Assembly: GCF_964355755.1 (NCBI RefSeq)
Contig: NC_092676.1
Coordinates: 23,764,871 to 23,828,870 of the forward strand
Direction: 5' to 3'
Source: Antedon mediterranea
Taxonomy: Eukaryota > Animalia > Echinodermata
Length of the DNA stretch: 64,000 bases
Shown: positions 23,469 through 35,218 of the stretch, piece after piece
How the letters are laid out: the number at the start of each line of letters is the position of its first letter
Position numbering within the stretch: position 1 is the first letter of the stretch
Translations under genes and position numbers: made by a program
The notes under the pieces: generated by a model
Told to the model about the DNA's origin: nothing
The model's database searches: none
What the model saw: the letters and a program-made list of their open reading frames with translations, nothing else

Positions 23469-26400
23469 AAATCTGATTGATAAATTATCAAATTGTAAGG
23501 GTTTGAAATTAGCTCATCTTAATGCCAGAAGTATTATAAATAAGATTGATGAGTTTCGTATAATAGCACTAAAAGCAAAAATTGATGTTTTATAACAGAG
23601 AATATGCATTGTTAAATGAAAATGTGGTAGATGAAAAAAATCAAAAACAACTATGTAAGAAAAAAAATAAGCTTGTTAATGAAAATGTGTTACAGATAAT
23701 ATGTTTAAAAAGAGGAAGCTATGTAATCAATGTGATAATATGTAAACAAATGAATAAAACTCTTTAAATAAGTATATGTATACAGATGATTAAACAAACA
23801 TTGTAAATTTAATGATATGTATAGTGTATAGTGAAAAATATATGCAAAGAGAACAGTGGTATGGAAATAAAAGTGGGATGAACCCACATAAGATAAAAAA
23901 AAAAAAATTGATGTTTTATGTGTATCTGAAACATGGCTACATGAGGGCATCAGTGATGGGTTTGTAGATATAGATGGATACAATATGATCCGTAAAGATC
24001 GTTCTGGAAAAAAAGGTGGTGGTGTTAGCATCTATATTAAGAATACCATATCTTATAAAGAAAGATCTGATTTATATGTAAATGATCTGGAGGCTGTATG
24101 GCTGGAGCTATTAGGACAAAAAAGTCAAAATATTTTAATATGCTGTTTATACCGCCCTCCAAATGCAAATTATGAATATTTTAACTTAATTATTGATTTA
24201 CTTGAAAAAGTTAGTATGGAAAACACTGAAATTGTACTACTCGGCGATTTTAATATTGATTATGTCTTAAATGAGAACCTCTCGAAAAATCCTATCAATA
24301 TGATCGAAAACATGTTTGTTATGACCCAGTTGATTCATGATAAAACAAGAGTTACGTCACACTCATCAAGTTGTATTGATTTGATACTAACAACAATTCC
24401 AGATCAGCACTATTTTAAGTGGTGTTGCTAAAATAGCTTTAAGCGACCATTTTATGGTTTACAGCTGTTTAAAATTTAAGGAAAAAGAAGCTAAACATAA
24501 AACAATATATTATAGAGATTATAAGAACTTTGATGAAGGGGCATTCTTGCATGATATTTCCCATTCTCAGAAATTACAAAATATTCACAATATTAATAAC
24601 GTTGACAATGCATGGGGTACGTTTAAAAATTGCTTTCTAAATTTAAGTAATAAACATGGGCCTATAAAAAATTCAAGAATAAAAAATAGATTCTCTCCCT
24701 GGATAACTCCTGAAATTATAAAGTTAATGTACAAAAGAGATTATACTAAAAGCAAAGTAAATGTTAATAATCCAGGATTAAAAACTGAGTATAGAAGACT
24801 TAGAAATCTGGTTAACACTAACATTAAGAAAGCAAAGTATAACTATTTTAATAATGTAAATATAAAATATAAAAATAATCCAAAAAAAATGTGGAACGAG
24901 CTAAATAAACTAACTGGTAAAACGAAATCTAACATTAGTAAAACTATTGATTGCGAACATTTTAATGAATACTTTACCAACATAGGAGTTAAGATGGCGC
25001 AGTCATTTGACGATACGCTGCCAAGTTGGAATAATCCACCTAGTGAATATTCCTTTAATTTTATAAATGTTGATGTAAATACCATTAAAAGGAAGCTTTA
25101 TAATTTGCCAGAAAAAAATTTAGATGTTCTTGATTTTGATAGTAAATTGTTAAGGTTAGCAGCTCCGTACATTGCTTATCCATTGTGTCATATTGTGAAT
25201 CTCTCTCTCATGTCTGGTCTTGTCCCAGCTGATTGGAAAGTAGCAAGGACAACTCCTATATATAAAGGAAAGGGTAGTAAAGACAGTATGAGCAACTACA
25301 GACCAATATCTGTCGTTGCTCATATCGCAAAGATTATAGAGAGAGTGGTTCAGGAACAAATCATTTCTTTTCTTAGTTTGTTTGATTTGATTAACATTGA
25401 TCAATTTGCCTTTTTGAAAAACCATTCTACTGTAACATGCTTGCACAGAGTAGTTGATGATTGGTTAGAAAGTTTTAATGACTCAGAGGTCGTCGGCGCT
25501 TGTTTCTTAGATATATCCAAGTGCTTTGACACGATAGATCACTCAATTTTGTTATTTAAGCTTTACAAATATGGTTTCCATGAAAATGTTGTTTACTGGT
25601 TTAGTAATTACTTAAAAAACAGAAAACAGTTTGTATACTGTAACAATAACAAATCTACACTTAAAGAAATCAATATTGGTGTTCCACAAGGAAGTGTCCT
25701 GGGACCCATCTTGTTTCTCATTTTCATAAATGATATTTCGCAGTCTATAGTAAATGGAACTTGCAGCGTTTTTGCTGATGATGTTGTGGTTTACACCTCA
25801 GGTGATACTGCTAAGATAGTAAATGATTCATTACAAATAATTATTGATAACATTGGTAAATGGTATGATGACAACCACCTCTCTATAAATACTGAAAAAA
25901 CAAAGGTTATGTTACTAAGAAACAATCATACAGCTGACAGTAATGATTTAAATATACAAATTGGAACCAGTAAATTAGAACAAGTTGATAGTATAAGGTA
26001 TCTGGGAGTCGTAATCGATGAAATGTTAACTTGGAAACAAAATACTCAATGTATTAGTAAAAATATTGGATATAAAATAACAATGCTAGGTAAAATGGCT
26101 AGTAGTTTAAGTAAACCGTTACTTGAAACTCTATATATAAGTACAATTCAGCCTTGTAGTGATTATGCTATAACAGTCTGGGGAAATACGACAGAGTTAA
26201 ACAAAAATATTTTAAAGCGACATCAAAAAAGAGCTGCTCGAATTGTAACTAACAACTTCGATTATATTAATGTAAGGGGTGACAACATCATCCAGAACCT
26301 ATCGTGGCAAACTCTTGAAGAGAAACGAGATTTCTCCCTAGCATGTCTAATGTATAAATGTGTTTACGGCCTTGCACCAATTAGATTAGTAAATGAAATT

Positions 26401-26604
26401 GAATTGATTCGCGATATTCACACCCACTTAACACGTGGAGTAGAAAATTTGAATGTAACAATACCTAAATACACCCTTAGTAAAATGAATTCGTCCTTTA
26501 AAGTTGCAGGCGCAAAAATATGGAACAATTTACCAATTAATATTAAATCGGCACCAACAATTACGTCCTTTAAGGCTAGATACAAATCTCATTTCTTTTC
26601 ATAA
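23460..26604 (+). pseudogene. LINE ORF2 (APE endonuclease plus reverse transcriptase), interrupted by an insertion at 23594-23902 and a frameshift near 24415
   Basis: APE motifs HLNARS, SETW, YRPP, LGDFN and SDH; RT motifs YRPIS, FLDISKCFD, GVPQGSVLGP, FADD and YLGV. Confidence 0.9.
23594..23902 (+). mobile_element. Polyadenylated retro-insert of about 310 bp with a 17-bp target-site duplication
   Basis: TSD AAAAATTGATGTTTTAT at 23577-23593 and 23903-23919; AATAAA at 23866; poly(A) from 23895. Confidence 0.85.
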
Positions 26605-27031
26605 AAAACTGACATGTATTATATTTAATTAAGTTTCTCTTTTGTATATTTTGATTAAGACAGGACCACAATGTAAAACAGATACACTGTTATCTGATTG
26701 TTTTATCCTGTATAAATATATTATTTATTATTATTTATTATCAACCTGATCTGTGCCTCTATAATACACTTGCAGCGGCTTTTTTACCGTCACATTGTGC
26801 CAACGTCCGAAAGCTTGCGGCTTAAAACTTCTACGAGTAATAAACACACTACACTATAAACAAACCTACTGTAAGTTGGACTTAAACCATCAACATTATT
26901 TAGAACTGGCTTCGTTGAAACATTAAAACAAGTTAGAATATAGATTTAATATATTATTTTTTACGCTAAATAAAATCAACTTTTTTTCACCAATCACTCT
27001 GAAATGATACTAGTTTTACTTTCCCATCTTT

Positions 27032-28602
27032 CTACGAGATAGTGGTAGTCTTTATCTCCCTGGTTTGATTTTTTACGTATTCCATTCGACGCTCCCGAAA
27101 ACAGAAAGTCTTACAGAATCCATTCTTGTAATCGGTGAATTTGTATGCGTAAACGAATGGATTAGCTACCGTATTACATAAAAATAAAACTTTAGAAACA
27201 ATAAGAATAATCGTAGAATGCAAGTTATTCCATTCAAAAATTGCCATCAAAAGATGGACTAACATCGATGGAGAAACAAGTATTATGTAAACAAGAGTGT
27301 TTATTAACATTGTAGTTGTAAAGTTTCGTTGAGCTTCGTTTCTACGTTGCGTTGGATCTGCTAGTGATTCGTTTCTTCGTTGCTTTGTCCTCTGTAGCGT
27401 TAACAACGCTGTTCCTGTTTTTGAGTATTCACGTAGTTTAACATAAACCCGACGATAACAATACAACATTATTACAATGGGTAGTACTGTATTTGATATA
27501 GATATAAAAACATTAGAACTTATTAAAATGATTTTGTTTTTGAACAAACATTTTCCAGTCTTGTTTACATCAACAACAATCGGGAGGAAACAGACTGTCA
27601 GAAGAGAAGAAACGAATGGAATACAAAGTCGTGGTAGCAATCTTCTTTTCCGAGTACCTCTTGCCCAGTATTTAAGTGGATGGACCACTGCGATGTACCT
27701 CTCAATAGATATCAAGACGAGATTATGTGACGATGCAAATATGATAAAATAGAAGATTGAAAAAATAGATTTGCAAGCGACGGTGGTTTTTAAATCTACA
27801 AATGAAAACACAATGAAGGAACCACTCCCTAGCATATCTATCACAGCTTGCTGCAACACTAGAGTATAGGCGAAAGATCTTGTATGTATCTTGCAGTTGA
27901 TAAAAACTACAACTACCGTCAGGTTAGCAAGAACTCCAATGATGGCCAAGATTGATGCGAAGGCACGTGATGAACTTATCGTCGAGGAAGATGTTTCCGT
28001 TGCGTTCATTTTAGAACTGTTGTATCCGTGATTGTCATCTATAATCATACAATAATTGCTTATGTTACTTTTAAAAGAATTATGCTCAAAGTACATAATG
28101 CCAAAGCAAAGCAAACTATTTTGACGCCTTGACGGATTACAATTTCACCAAAATGTCACAGAAATCAATTGGTGCAAAAATCAATTTAACTCTTTACTGT
28201 TTGTAAAGATGATCAATATAAACCATGAATTGCTTCTTTAATATTATTTTTATTTGGCAGTATTAAAGACCCGTTAGAACCTTGAAAGATGGGAAAAGAT
28301 TTTAAATTTACTTTTGATTATAATTGAAACTGCAATTCTCCTTTCAGAATGTTTAAGTTTAGAATATAACAAAATACAAACATTCATGGTCTAATAAGGA
28401 CTGTATATTATAGAAAATAGAATAATTTCAGTAGAAAACAAAAACAACGCAATATTCAAAATTATTTTGTAGTCGAATTAATCTTACCGATAGATAATCA
28501 AGTAGACCCTCTTCCAAACCTACCTTGTACATTCACATCGTTGCTCTGGCAAACAGCAACGAAGACGGCGAAAACTGTTAACAAAGAAATTCGAATCCAC
28601 AT
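27032..28602 (-). CDS. Class A orphan GPCR 5, two exons (signal-peptide exon 28524-28602 plus 7TM exon 27032-28038), about 361 aa
   Basis: ISIERY and NPFVY. The upstream exon MWIRISLLTVFAVFVAVCQSNDVNVQ ends G|gtagg and joins the phase-1 acceptor tatag|AT; it is homologous to the GPCR 1 first exon. Confidence 0.88.
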
Positions 28603-29953
28603 ACTGTTTGTCTTGCTTAACCTTCATTCATTTCTAAAGCAAGAGTAAAGGTAATAAATATATTATTTTATTCTTGTTTTATTAACATTATAACAGCTGG
28701 CAATATTTTAATTATCATTAACTTACATGACTACTTTCATTTTATTCACAATCATACATTCCGATAGTAAAGTAATATGTATGGTATTTTATCTCCTAGA
28801 ACTTAGGCCAGACGTTTTTAGCCACGCACACTACTGCTAAGTAAAGTGCAGTAAAACCGTGTGACTTAACTACAACTTGACCTTACTGTATTCTAGATTT
28901 CTCCAGTATTTGGTAAACATCAATACATGTGTTTCACAGGCATCTCTTTGTATTGCATGATACAGACGCCACATGTGATACAAATGAGATGCTGTATTAC
29001 CAAATATTCCTACTGTAAGATGCTGGGCAAATATTTTAATTATGTGGAAATTCAGCATTGATAATCGGGTACAATATGTTTACTTACATGATGTAGGCCT
29101 ATGTTTGCCTGCTGCAATTTCCCTTGTAATGATCGAATTTAATTACACAAAGACCATTTGTATTTATGAGAATCTTTCGCTGTGTATTGAAATAGTTTTG
29201 TATTCTTTATCTTAAACTAACTGGAATTCAATACGTAGCCATCTATTTAAATAAGTATCGTTTTCTATCAGCGAAAGGAAGAATCTGGAGAGGTTCGTTC
29301 AAGATAATGTCTTTATCACCAATTACCAGGATTCAGTTTATCTTAACATAATTATTGTATTTGCTTATAATTTGTAATAGGTTTTAATCGCCTATAATCC
29401 ACTTCAGCGTCGACGTATAATACAATAGGCATACAATGTAGACCTATGTCCTTACAAATTATTACTTAACAGCATTATTTTCCTCTTTTAAAAAAAATAT
29501 TTCGTGTTTCCACTTGATGCTTACCCCTTCACATTGTTTTATTCATGTTCTGCTTATTAGCAGATACGGTAAGCATTGCAAGCAAAGTATATATTTAAAA
29601 ACTATTATTTAAAAACTATTATCCATTATTGTATTATTGTTTATCTACAAGTTCATACTCTTTACTGTACCTAGCTTTCGATTTCGCAACTCAACGCCGA
29701 CATTCTGTAATGTTTGAGACCAAATTCTGCTAAGCCAAATTGGCTTATACGGTTCGCAGGTGGTTTCATCAGCATACATGGCTGCAGTCGGTCGCGTGCG
29801 CAAATTTGAGTTAGTGTTACCGACCGACCAACCGAAATAGTGAGCTATAGAGAAAAAATGAGTAAAATTCACTCTCCTAATATTGTAGTGTTGGAGTGAA
29901 CGAACCATCGAAATGTTCAATATTTGCCGGTTTAAAAATCTTGAAAACTAACT

Positions 29954-31005
29954 TTACGTTACTGTTGAGGTCTTACCCCGACAACAGAAAGTCTTACAGA
30001 ATCCTTTTTTGTAATCGGTAAATTTGTAAGCGTAAACGAACGGATTAGCTGTCATATTACATAAAAATGAACATAGAGAAAAATAAATGGAATTAATTCC
30101 AGAAACTCTTAATATCAAATACAATATCATCGCCGAAAAAAGAAATATTATATTAGTCAGAGTGTTTAGTGTTGTTCGTTCAGTTTGCTTTGCATCTGGT
30201 GGTTCAACACCTTGTGGCGTCATTAACTGTGTTCGTGTCAACAGAGTCCAGGACAAAACAAAGGAAACAAAACACCGAAATGGATGGAAAATGTCATTTA
30301 TTATTAAATGACGAAATAACTAAATATATAATGTAAAACTACTGTAATAATAACAAAAGTACACGACCTTCTCAAAGTTAAAAGCAATAACAGAACCATT
30401 GGGAACATTCCTGAACTCTATCGACACAAACCCATCTTTCATTTGGTGAAAAATGTTCTTTCGTGTTTTTTGAGTGTTCACGTAGTGTAATATAAACTCG
30501 GCGATAACAGTACAACATTATAACAATAGGTAGTATTCCACCTGATAATGACGAAAAAACACAAGCATATAACTCCATACTTTCAAAAAAAATTGAAAAC
30601 AATCGGGAAATAACAGCATGAAAAAATAGAAGAAACAAATGGAATGCATAGTCGAGCCAGTACCTTTTTATTCTTGGTACCCCTTGTCCAGTATTTAAGT
30701 GGGTGAACCACTGCAGTGTACCTCTCAAAAGATATCAAAACGAGGTTATGTGACGATGCTAATAAAATGAAGTAATATAGCATTTTTCCTAATTTGCAAC
30801 CGATGCTACTTCGTGAACCTAAAAATGAAAACACAAGGTTGCAACTGCAACCTAACATGTCTATCACAGCTTGTTGCAACACTAGAGTATAGGCGAATGA
30901 TCTTCGATGTATCTTGCAGTTGATAAAAACAATAATCACCGTCAGGTTAGCAAGAGTTCCAATGATGGCCAAAATCAATACGGTTATGTATAATATCACA
31001 ATCAT
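29954..31005 (-). pseudogene. Class A GPCR 6 pseudogene
   Basis: Three ORF pieces of the same family (ISFERYTAVVHPL; GGILPIVIMLYCYRR; NPFVY). There is a frameshift/deletion at the A-run near 30585 (ECL2 lost) and a 221-bp insertion at 30239-30459 with a TTCGTGT duplication. Confidence 0.85.
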
Positions 31006-32042
31006 CTATAAAAGATTAATGTTGTTTAATATCACAATTAAAGAACCATTACCTATAATTAACATTTGACACAATTATGCTTCAATTTCTGTAAAAACCA
31101 GCTATAGATCCAATGTAATAATTATTCATAACATTTATCATTAAATATATTTTGATTAAATATTTGTATTTACTATTGTTTGTATGTACTTTTAATTATC
31201 TGAATAAATAATTTGAACAATCACCTATTAAACATACAAATATTAAGAACCTTTTCTCGAAACATTACCCTACATGAAGCTACGTTTAGATTGTGTGTAA
31301 TAAAGTCTACTGTATTTTTTTTATAAACGCAGCATCTATCATCAAATGTGGAATACAAAATTACGTTTTTGTACCTTTTGTAACAATTTGCACACGAAAT
31401 TTAACCAAAATACAATCAAAAGAACTATTTCTTAATCCTACCTTAATCTTTATACCTTTAGTCTGTTAGTCGAACAGAAGTTTGAACTTACAAATAAATG
31501 AAAAGTTATTTTATATACCGGAGCTTACGAGATAATAACTGAAACTGTTACTGTTATCCAATAAGAATAAAATTACAAAATTGTAGAAGAAATAGTGTTG
31601 TGTTTTATATTTGCTTAATGTCACACGAAAAATAATCTCAAATTATCCTTTTTCATTCTAAAATAATTGTATTAATATTATCTACTACTTACCTTTATAC
31701 TCGTTAATTCATTTTTCCAAAAGTTCACACACAAAAATTATAAATTACTTATAATAAATAATTGACGAGAGCCTTATCGAAGAGGAATTGAGAAATCTCA
31801 ACCCATCTAAAAGTGTAGGCCTTGATCAGATTCCTGCAAAATTTCTTAGAGACGGAGCTCCTAATATTAAAATACCAATAACACATATAATTAACCTCTC
31901 CATTAAATACGAACGTATTCCCTCGGATTTTAAACTCGCAAAAGTCACGCCCCTTCATAAAAAGAATTCCAGAACTGAGGCTAACAATTACAGACCTATA
32001 AGCATTCTCTCCTCAGTTTCGAAAATTCTGGAGAAGGTGGTA

Positions 32043-33375
32043 TCTATATATAAATTATGGTTAATTCTGACATAGGCGAGCACAATGCAAAAACTTCGGT
32101 ACAAATCTCCGCCTTGGATACCTACCTTATCTATCCGAGATGTACCGCGAAACGTAGATTTGATAACATTAGTGTGCACGCCGACGCTATTGTTCCATAT
32201 TTATATCTTAGGAAGATATTATAAAGAGTTTTTTAACAACATTTATGATTTCAACATTGGATTTTCCTCTCAATTTCAATTCTTCCCGGTCAAAGTAATT
32301 TCCGGGTTTAAGATAAGTTCACCTTAGTTTCAAATATTTTCTCTCTTTTATACACAAGGGAGCAGTTAAAACAATAGATTTGACCCTAAAGGTGACTGGA
32401 AACAGGCACTTTCCATCAATCAATACAGTGTCCCTTTGGAAGACGAAAAAAAAATTGGCCATTAGGCCTAATCATAGCCATTTCAGTTTTTTGTTTATTT
32501 TAAAACATACCACACGTGTGTGAAGGTACAGTAGTTAAATAATAGGAATTATACTGCAAATTAATAAAGATCAAATTAAATATACGCCATAAAGAATCAG
32601 AATATATTGTGGGGAATAGTATTATAAAATTACATAGGGAGATTTGATAAGACATTCTTCGAGTGAAATCCCGATAGCTGAGTTTTATTGAGTAAGCTTG
32701 CAGGAATAACTGTAGGCTATCTTCCTGTGTCCCGTTAGGACCGAGATGTCTGCCCATGTTGCAAGCCGTAATGTCTTCTTTCTTGGGCCCACTCTGCCAC
32801 GGCAGTTAGTTTCAAAAGATGATTAAATTAAATAATGTATTAATAATTATTAGGATGGTATTCATTTGAATAAACGCCTCTCCAATAAAACATCACTTTG
32901 AATAATAACCCCCCCCCCCCTCCCACACAACCCAACTATCTAATAAACGTCCATCCACATATTTATAATAACACAATTATACTATTTGTAGTAGAATTCA
33001 CCGCACTGTTATCTGCAATTTACCAAGCATTTGTTATTCTTTTTTACCACTTTTCATATCTATGAGAGGATTTCATTTGATTATAAATGTTACCATATTA
33101 TTAGAACTAAAAAATTTAACATATATCCCTCGAATAAGCACCTCCCTCAAATGACCTCCGCCTCCCCAAAGGGCCCTACCAAACAATAAAAACTATACTT
33201 TAAAATGTTATTAATCATCTAAAACACTGTGAAACAAAGTAGTTTAGTTTTACGAATGTCAAGCATTTTCAATAATGGTAACCGACAGAAAATGTATAAG
33301 GAGAACATTATCATTCCGAGAACCATCGTCTACACTTCCTAGAGGGGGAGCGAGCGAAGCGAGCTCACCCTCTAG
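32043..33375 (+). mobile_element. Non-autonomous Helitron, 1333 bp
   Basis: 5' TC, 3' CTAG, and the subterminal hairpin GAGGGGGAGC..GCGAAGC..GCTCACCCTC. It is inserted between A and T with no TSD; the empty site GGTA|TATATAC is visible in the intact LINE at about 40750. Confidence 0.9.
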
Positions 33376-33498
33376 TATATACAAGTTTCCGATTACCTTG
33401 AAAGGAATCAACTTATCTACGATCATCAATCCGGTTTTCGTAGATCATTTTCTACCGACACATGTCTTATCCATCTTAGAGATCACCTTAGAGTTCAA

Positions 33499-34647
33499 AT
33501 GTCAAATGGTTTATTTACGGGTATGGTTTTACTCGATGTCCAAAAGGCCTCTGACTCGGTCAATCATGATATTTTGTGTAAAAAACTTAAGTATCTAGGA
33601 TGCCGGTCTATCGGTTGGTTTCAAGCGTACCTGTCTGGGCGAAATCAGATTGTCGATATTAAAGGTACCAAATCGGACTCTATTGAGATTGGATGTGGAG
33701 TCCCCCAGGGTAGCCTTTTGGGTCCTCTCTTATTTCTTATTTACGTGAATGACCTACCATCAAGTATCGAAAGTGATTGTAAAGTTGTTTTGTACGCTGA
33801 CGATTGTGCAATTTTTTACTCCCATAAAGATCCAATCGCAATCCAATCTAAACTCCAAAACAATCTCGTATCATGCAATAATTGGCTGATCGACAATCAA
33901 CTTTCGCTTCATATGGGTAAGACCGAATGCATCCTGTTTGGTTCTAAACGTAGATTAAGCAAAGTAAACGAATTCTATATTGATTGCTTTGGAACGACTA
34001 TAAATGGATCAAAATCTATCAAATATCTAGGTATTGAGATTGACCAAAATGTATCAGGTGACGTCATTGCCCGCTCTGTTATAAACAAAGCAAACGGCAG
34101 ACTGAAATTTCTGTACCGACAATCATCATTTCTTAATTCTCATTGTCGCAAAATTCTTAGTTTTGCTTTAATCCAACCGATGTTCGATTATTCGGTTTGC
34201 TCATGGTCTTCTACGGTAAATAAAAATTTAAAATCAAAATTACAAACGACTCAAAACAAAATGGTTCGTTTTATAAAAAAGTTAGGTCCCCGATCTCATG
34301 TTGGTCAATCTCAGCTAAACGACGTTGGTATGTTAAAAGTCCAAGACCGTGTCGAATTTCTTAGAGTCTGTCATGTTTTTAAAATATATAATCATTGTTG
34401 TCCACATTATTTATGCAATCGTTTTATTAGAATTTCAGACAGTCATAATTACAATACTAGGGGATGCAATTTTAATTTTAGAATCCCAACTATCAAGCCA
34501 ATGGCACATGTGACCTTTTTTTACAATGCTATTAAAGAATGGAATAATTTACCAATTAACATTAAGGAATCACAAACTGTTTATTGTTTTAAAAGTAAAG
34601 TTAAAAAGTATCTACAGGAACGTTCACTAGCTCTAGAAACTATTTAA
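33499..34647 (+). CDS. Reverse transcriptase C-terminal fragment of the truncated LINE
   Basis: LLDVQKA, GVPQGSLLGP, YADD and YLGI; near-identical to the end of the 39257-42025 ORF. Confidence 0.85.
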   Translation: MSNGLFTGMVLLDVQKASDSVNHDILCKKLKYLGCRSIGWFQAYLSGRNQIVDIKGTKSDSIEIGCGVPQGSLLGPLLFLIYVNDLPSSIESDCKVVLYADDCAIFYSHKDPIAIQSKLQNNLVSCNNWLIDNQLSLHMGKTECILFGSKRRLSKVNEFYIDCFGTTINGSKSIKYLGIEIDQNVSGDVIARSVINKANGRLKFLYRQSSFLNSHCRKILSFALIQPMFDYSVCSWSSTVNKNLKSKLQTTQNKMVRFIKKLGPRSHVGQSQLNDVGMLKVQDRVEFLRVCHVFKIYNHCCPHYLCNRFIRISDSHNYNTRGCNFNFRIPTIKPMAHVTFFYNAIKEWNNLPINIKESQTVYCFKSKVKKYLQERSLALETI

Positions 34648-35218
34648 TTAGCGCTTCTTCTTTTTTCGATTGTCCTTTTTGCTGTTTTTTGTTTTTTTAT
34701 ATGTTGCTTTGTTTGTCTTTTTTGCTGTTCTTTCAAAGGACCTCATTGGAAACAAGTCCGTAGAGGACTTTTATGAGTTATCCTTGGCATCCTTGTTTTA
34801 TTTTGGTATTTTTATATTTGCCAATTTTAATTGTTTGTCTGTGATATTTTATGTACTGATGCCGAAATAAATCAAATCAAATTATATAACGTATGAGATA
34901 ACTGAAACTGCACTGTACACTAAAAACGATACTTTCAAAATCAGTAGCTCTAGTTTAAAAAAAGATGTACTTAACAAAAAGTAAACATTCAGGAGAATAT
35001 ACAATACTTTCTCATGACAAATTGATACCGGCTAACACACGATGTTTTGTATTAAAAATTGTGTGTATCTGGGAGCGCGTAACTTATTGCGGAACTTTTC
35101 TCACGTCCGTTGCGTTTGTAAGTTTTATTTTTAAGATTTCAATTCAATTTCAATAGTGGTGGAAACTACTTCTACGTTAAGTACAAAGATTTTGGTTAAA
35201 AACTTTCACAACGTCACC

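Larger units (their letters stand above)
22200..26741 (+). mobile_element. CR1/L2-group non-LTR retrotransposon (family 1), near full length, ORF2 disrupted
   Basis: ORF1 plus APE-RT ORF2, a 3' UTR stem-loop CAGGACCACAATG..ATCCTG, and a TATT/TTA-rich tail at about 26720-26741. The 5' end is approximate. Confidence 0.9.
31760..34882 (+). mobile_element. 5'-truncated CR1/L2-group LINE (family 2), split by a Helitron
   Basis: 31760-32042 plus 33376-34882 is near-identical to 40471-42262 (RT motifs GVPQGSLLGP and YADD; same 3' UTR and AATCA tail). Confidence 0.93.

Noticed and set aside
27032-28114. GPCR 5 (and GPCR 1) as single-exon genes starting at the ORF-track start codons
   Set aside because: The extra N-terminal residues are better explained as intron sequence, given the conserved phase-1 acceptors and homologous signal-peptide exons.
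32500-32810. Captured host gene inside the Helitron (85-aa ORF; KTLRLATW in another frame)
   Set aside because: No recognisable domain by eye; it needs BLASTX and is not supportable as a feature.
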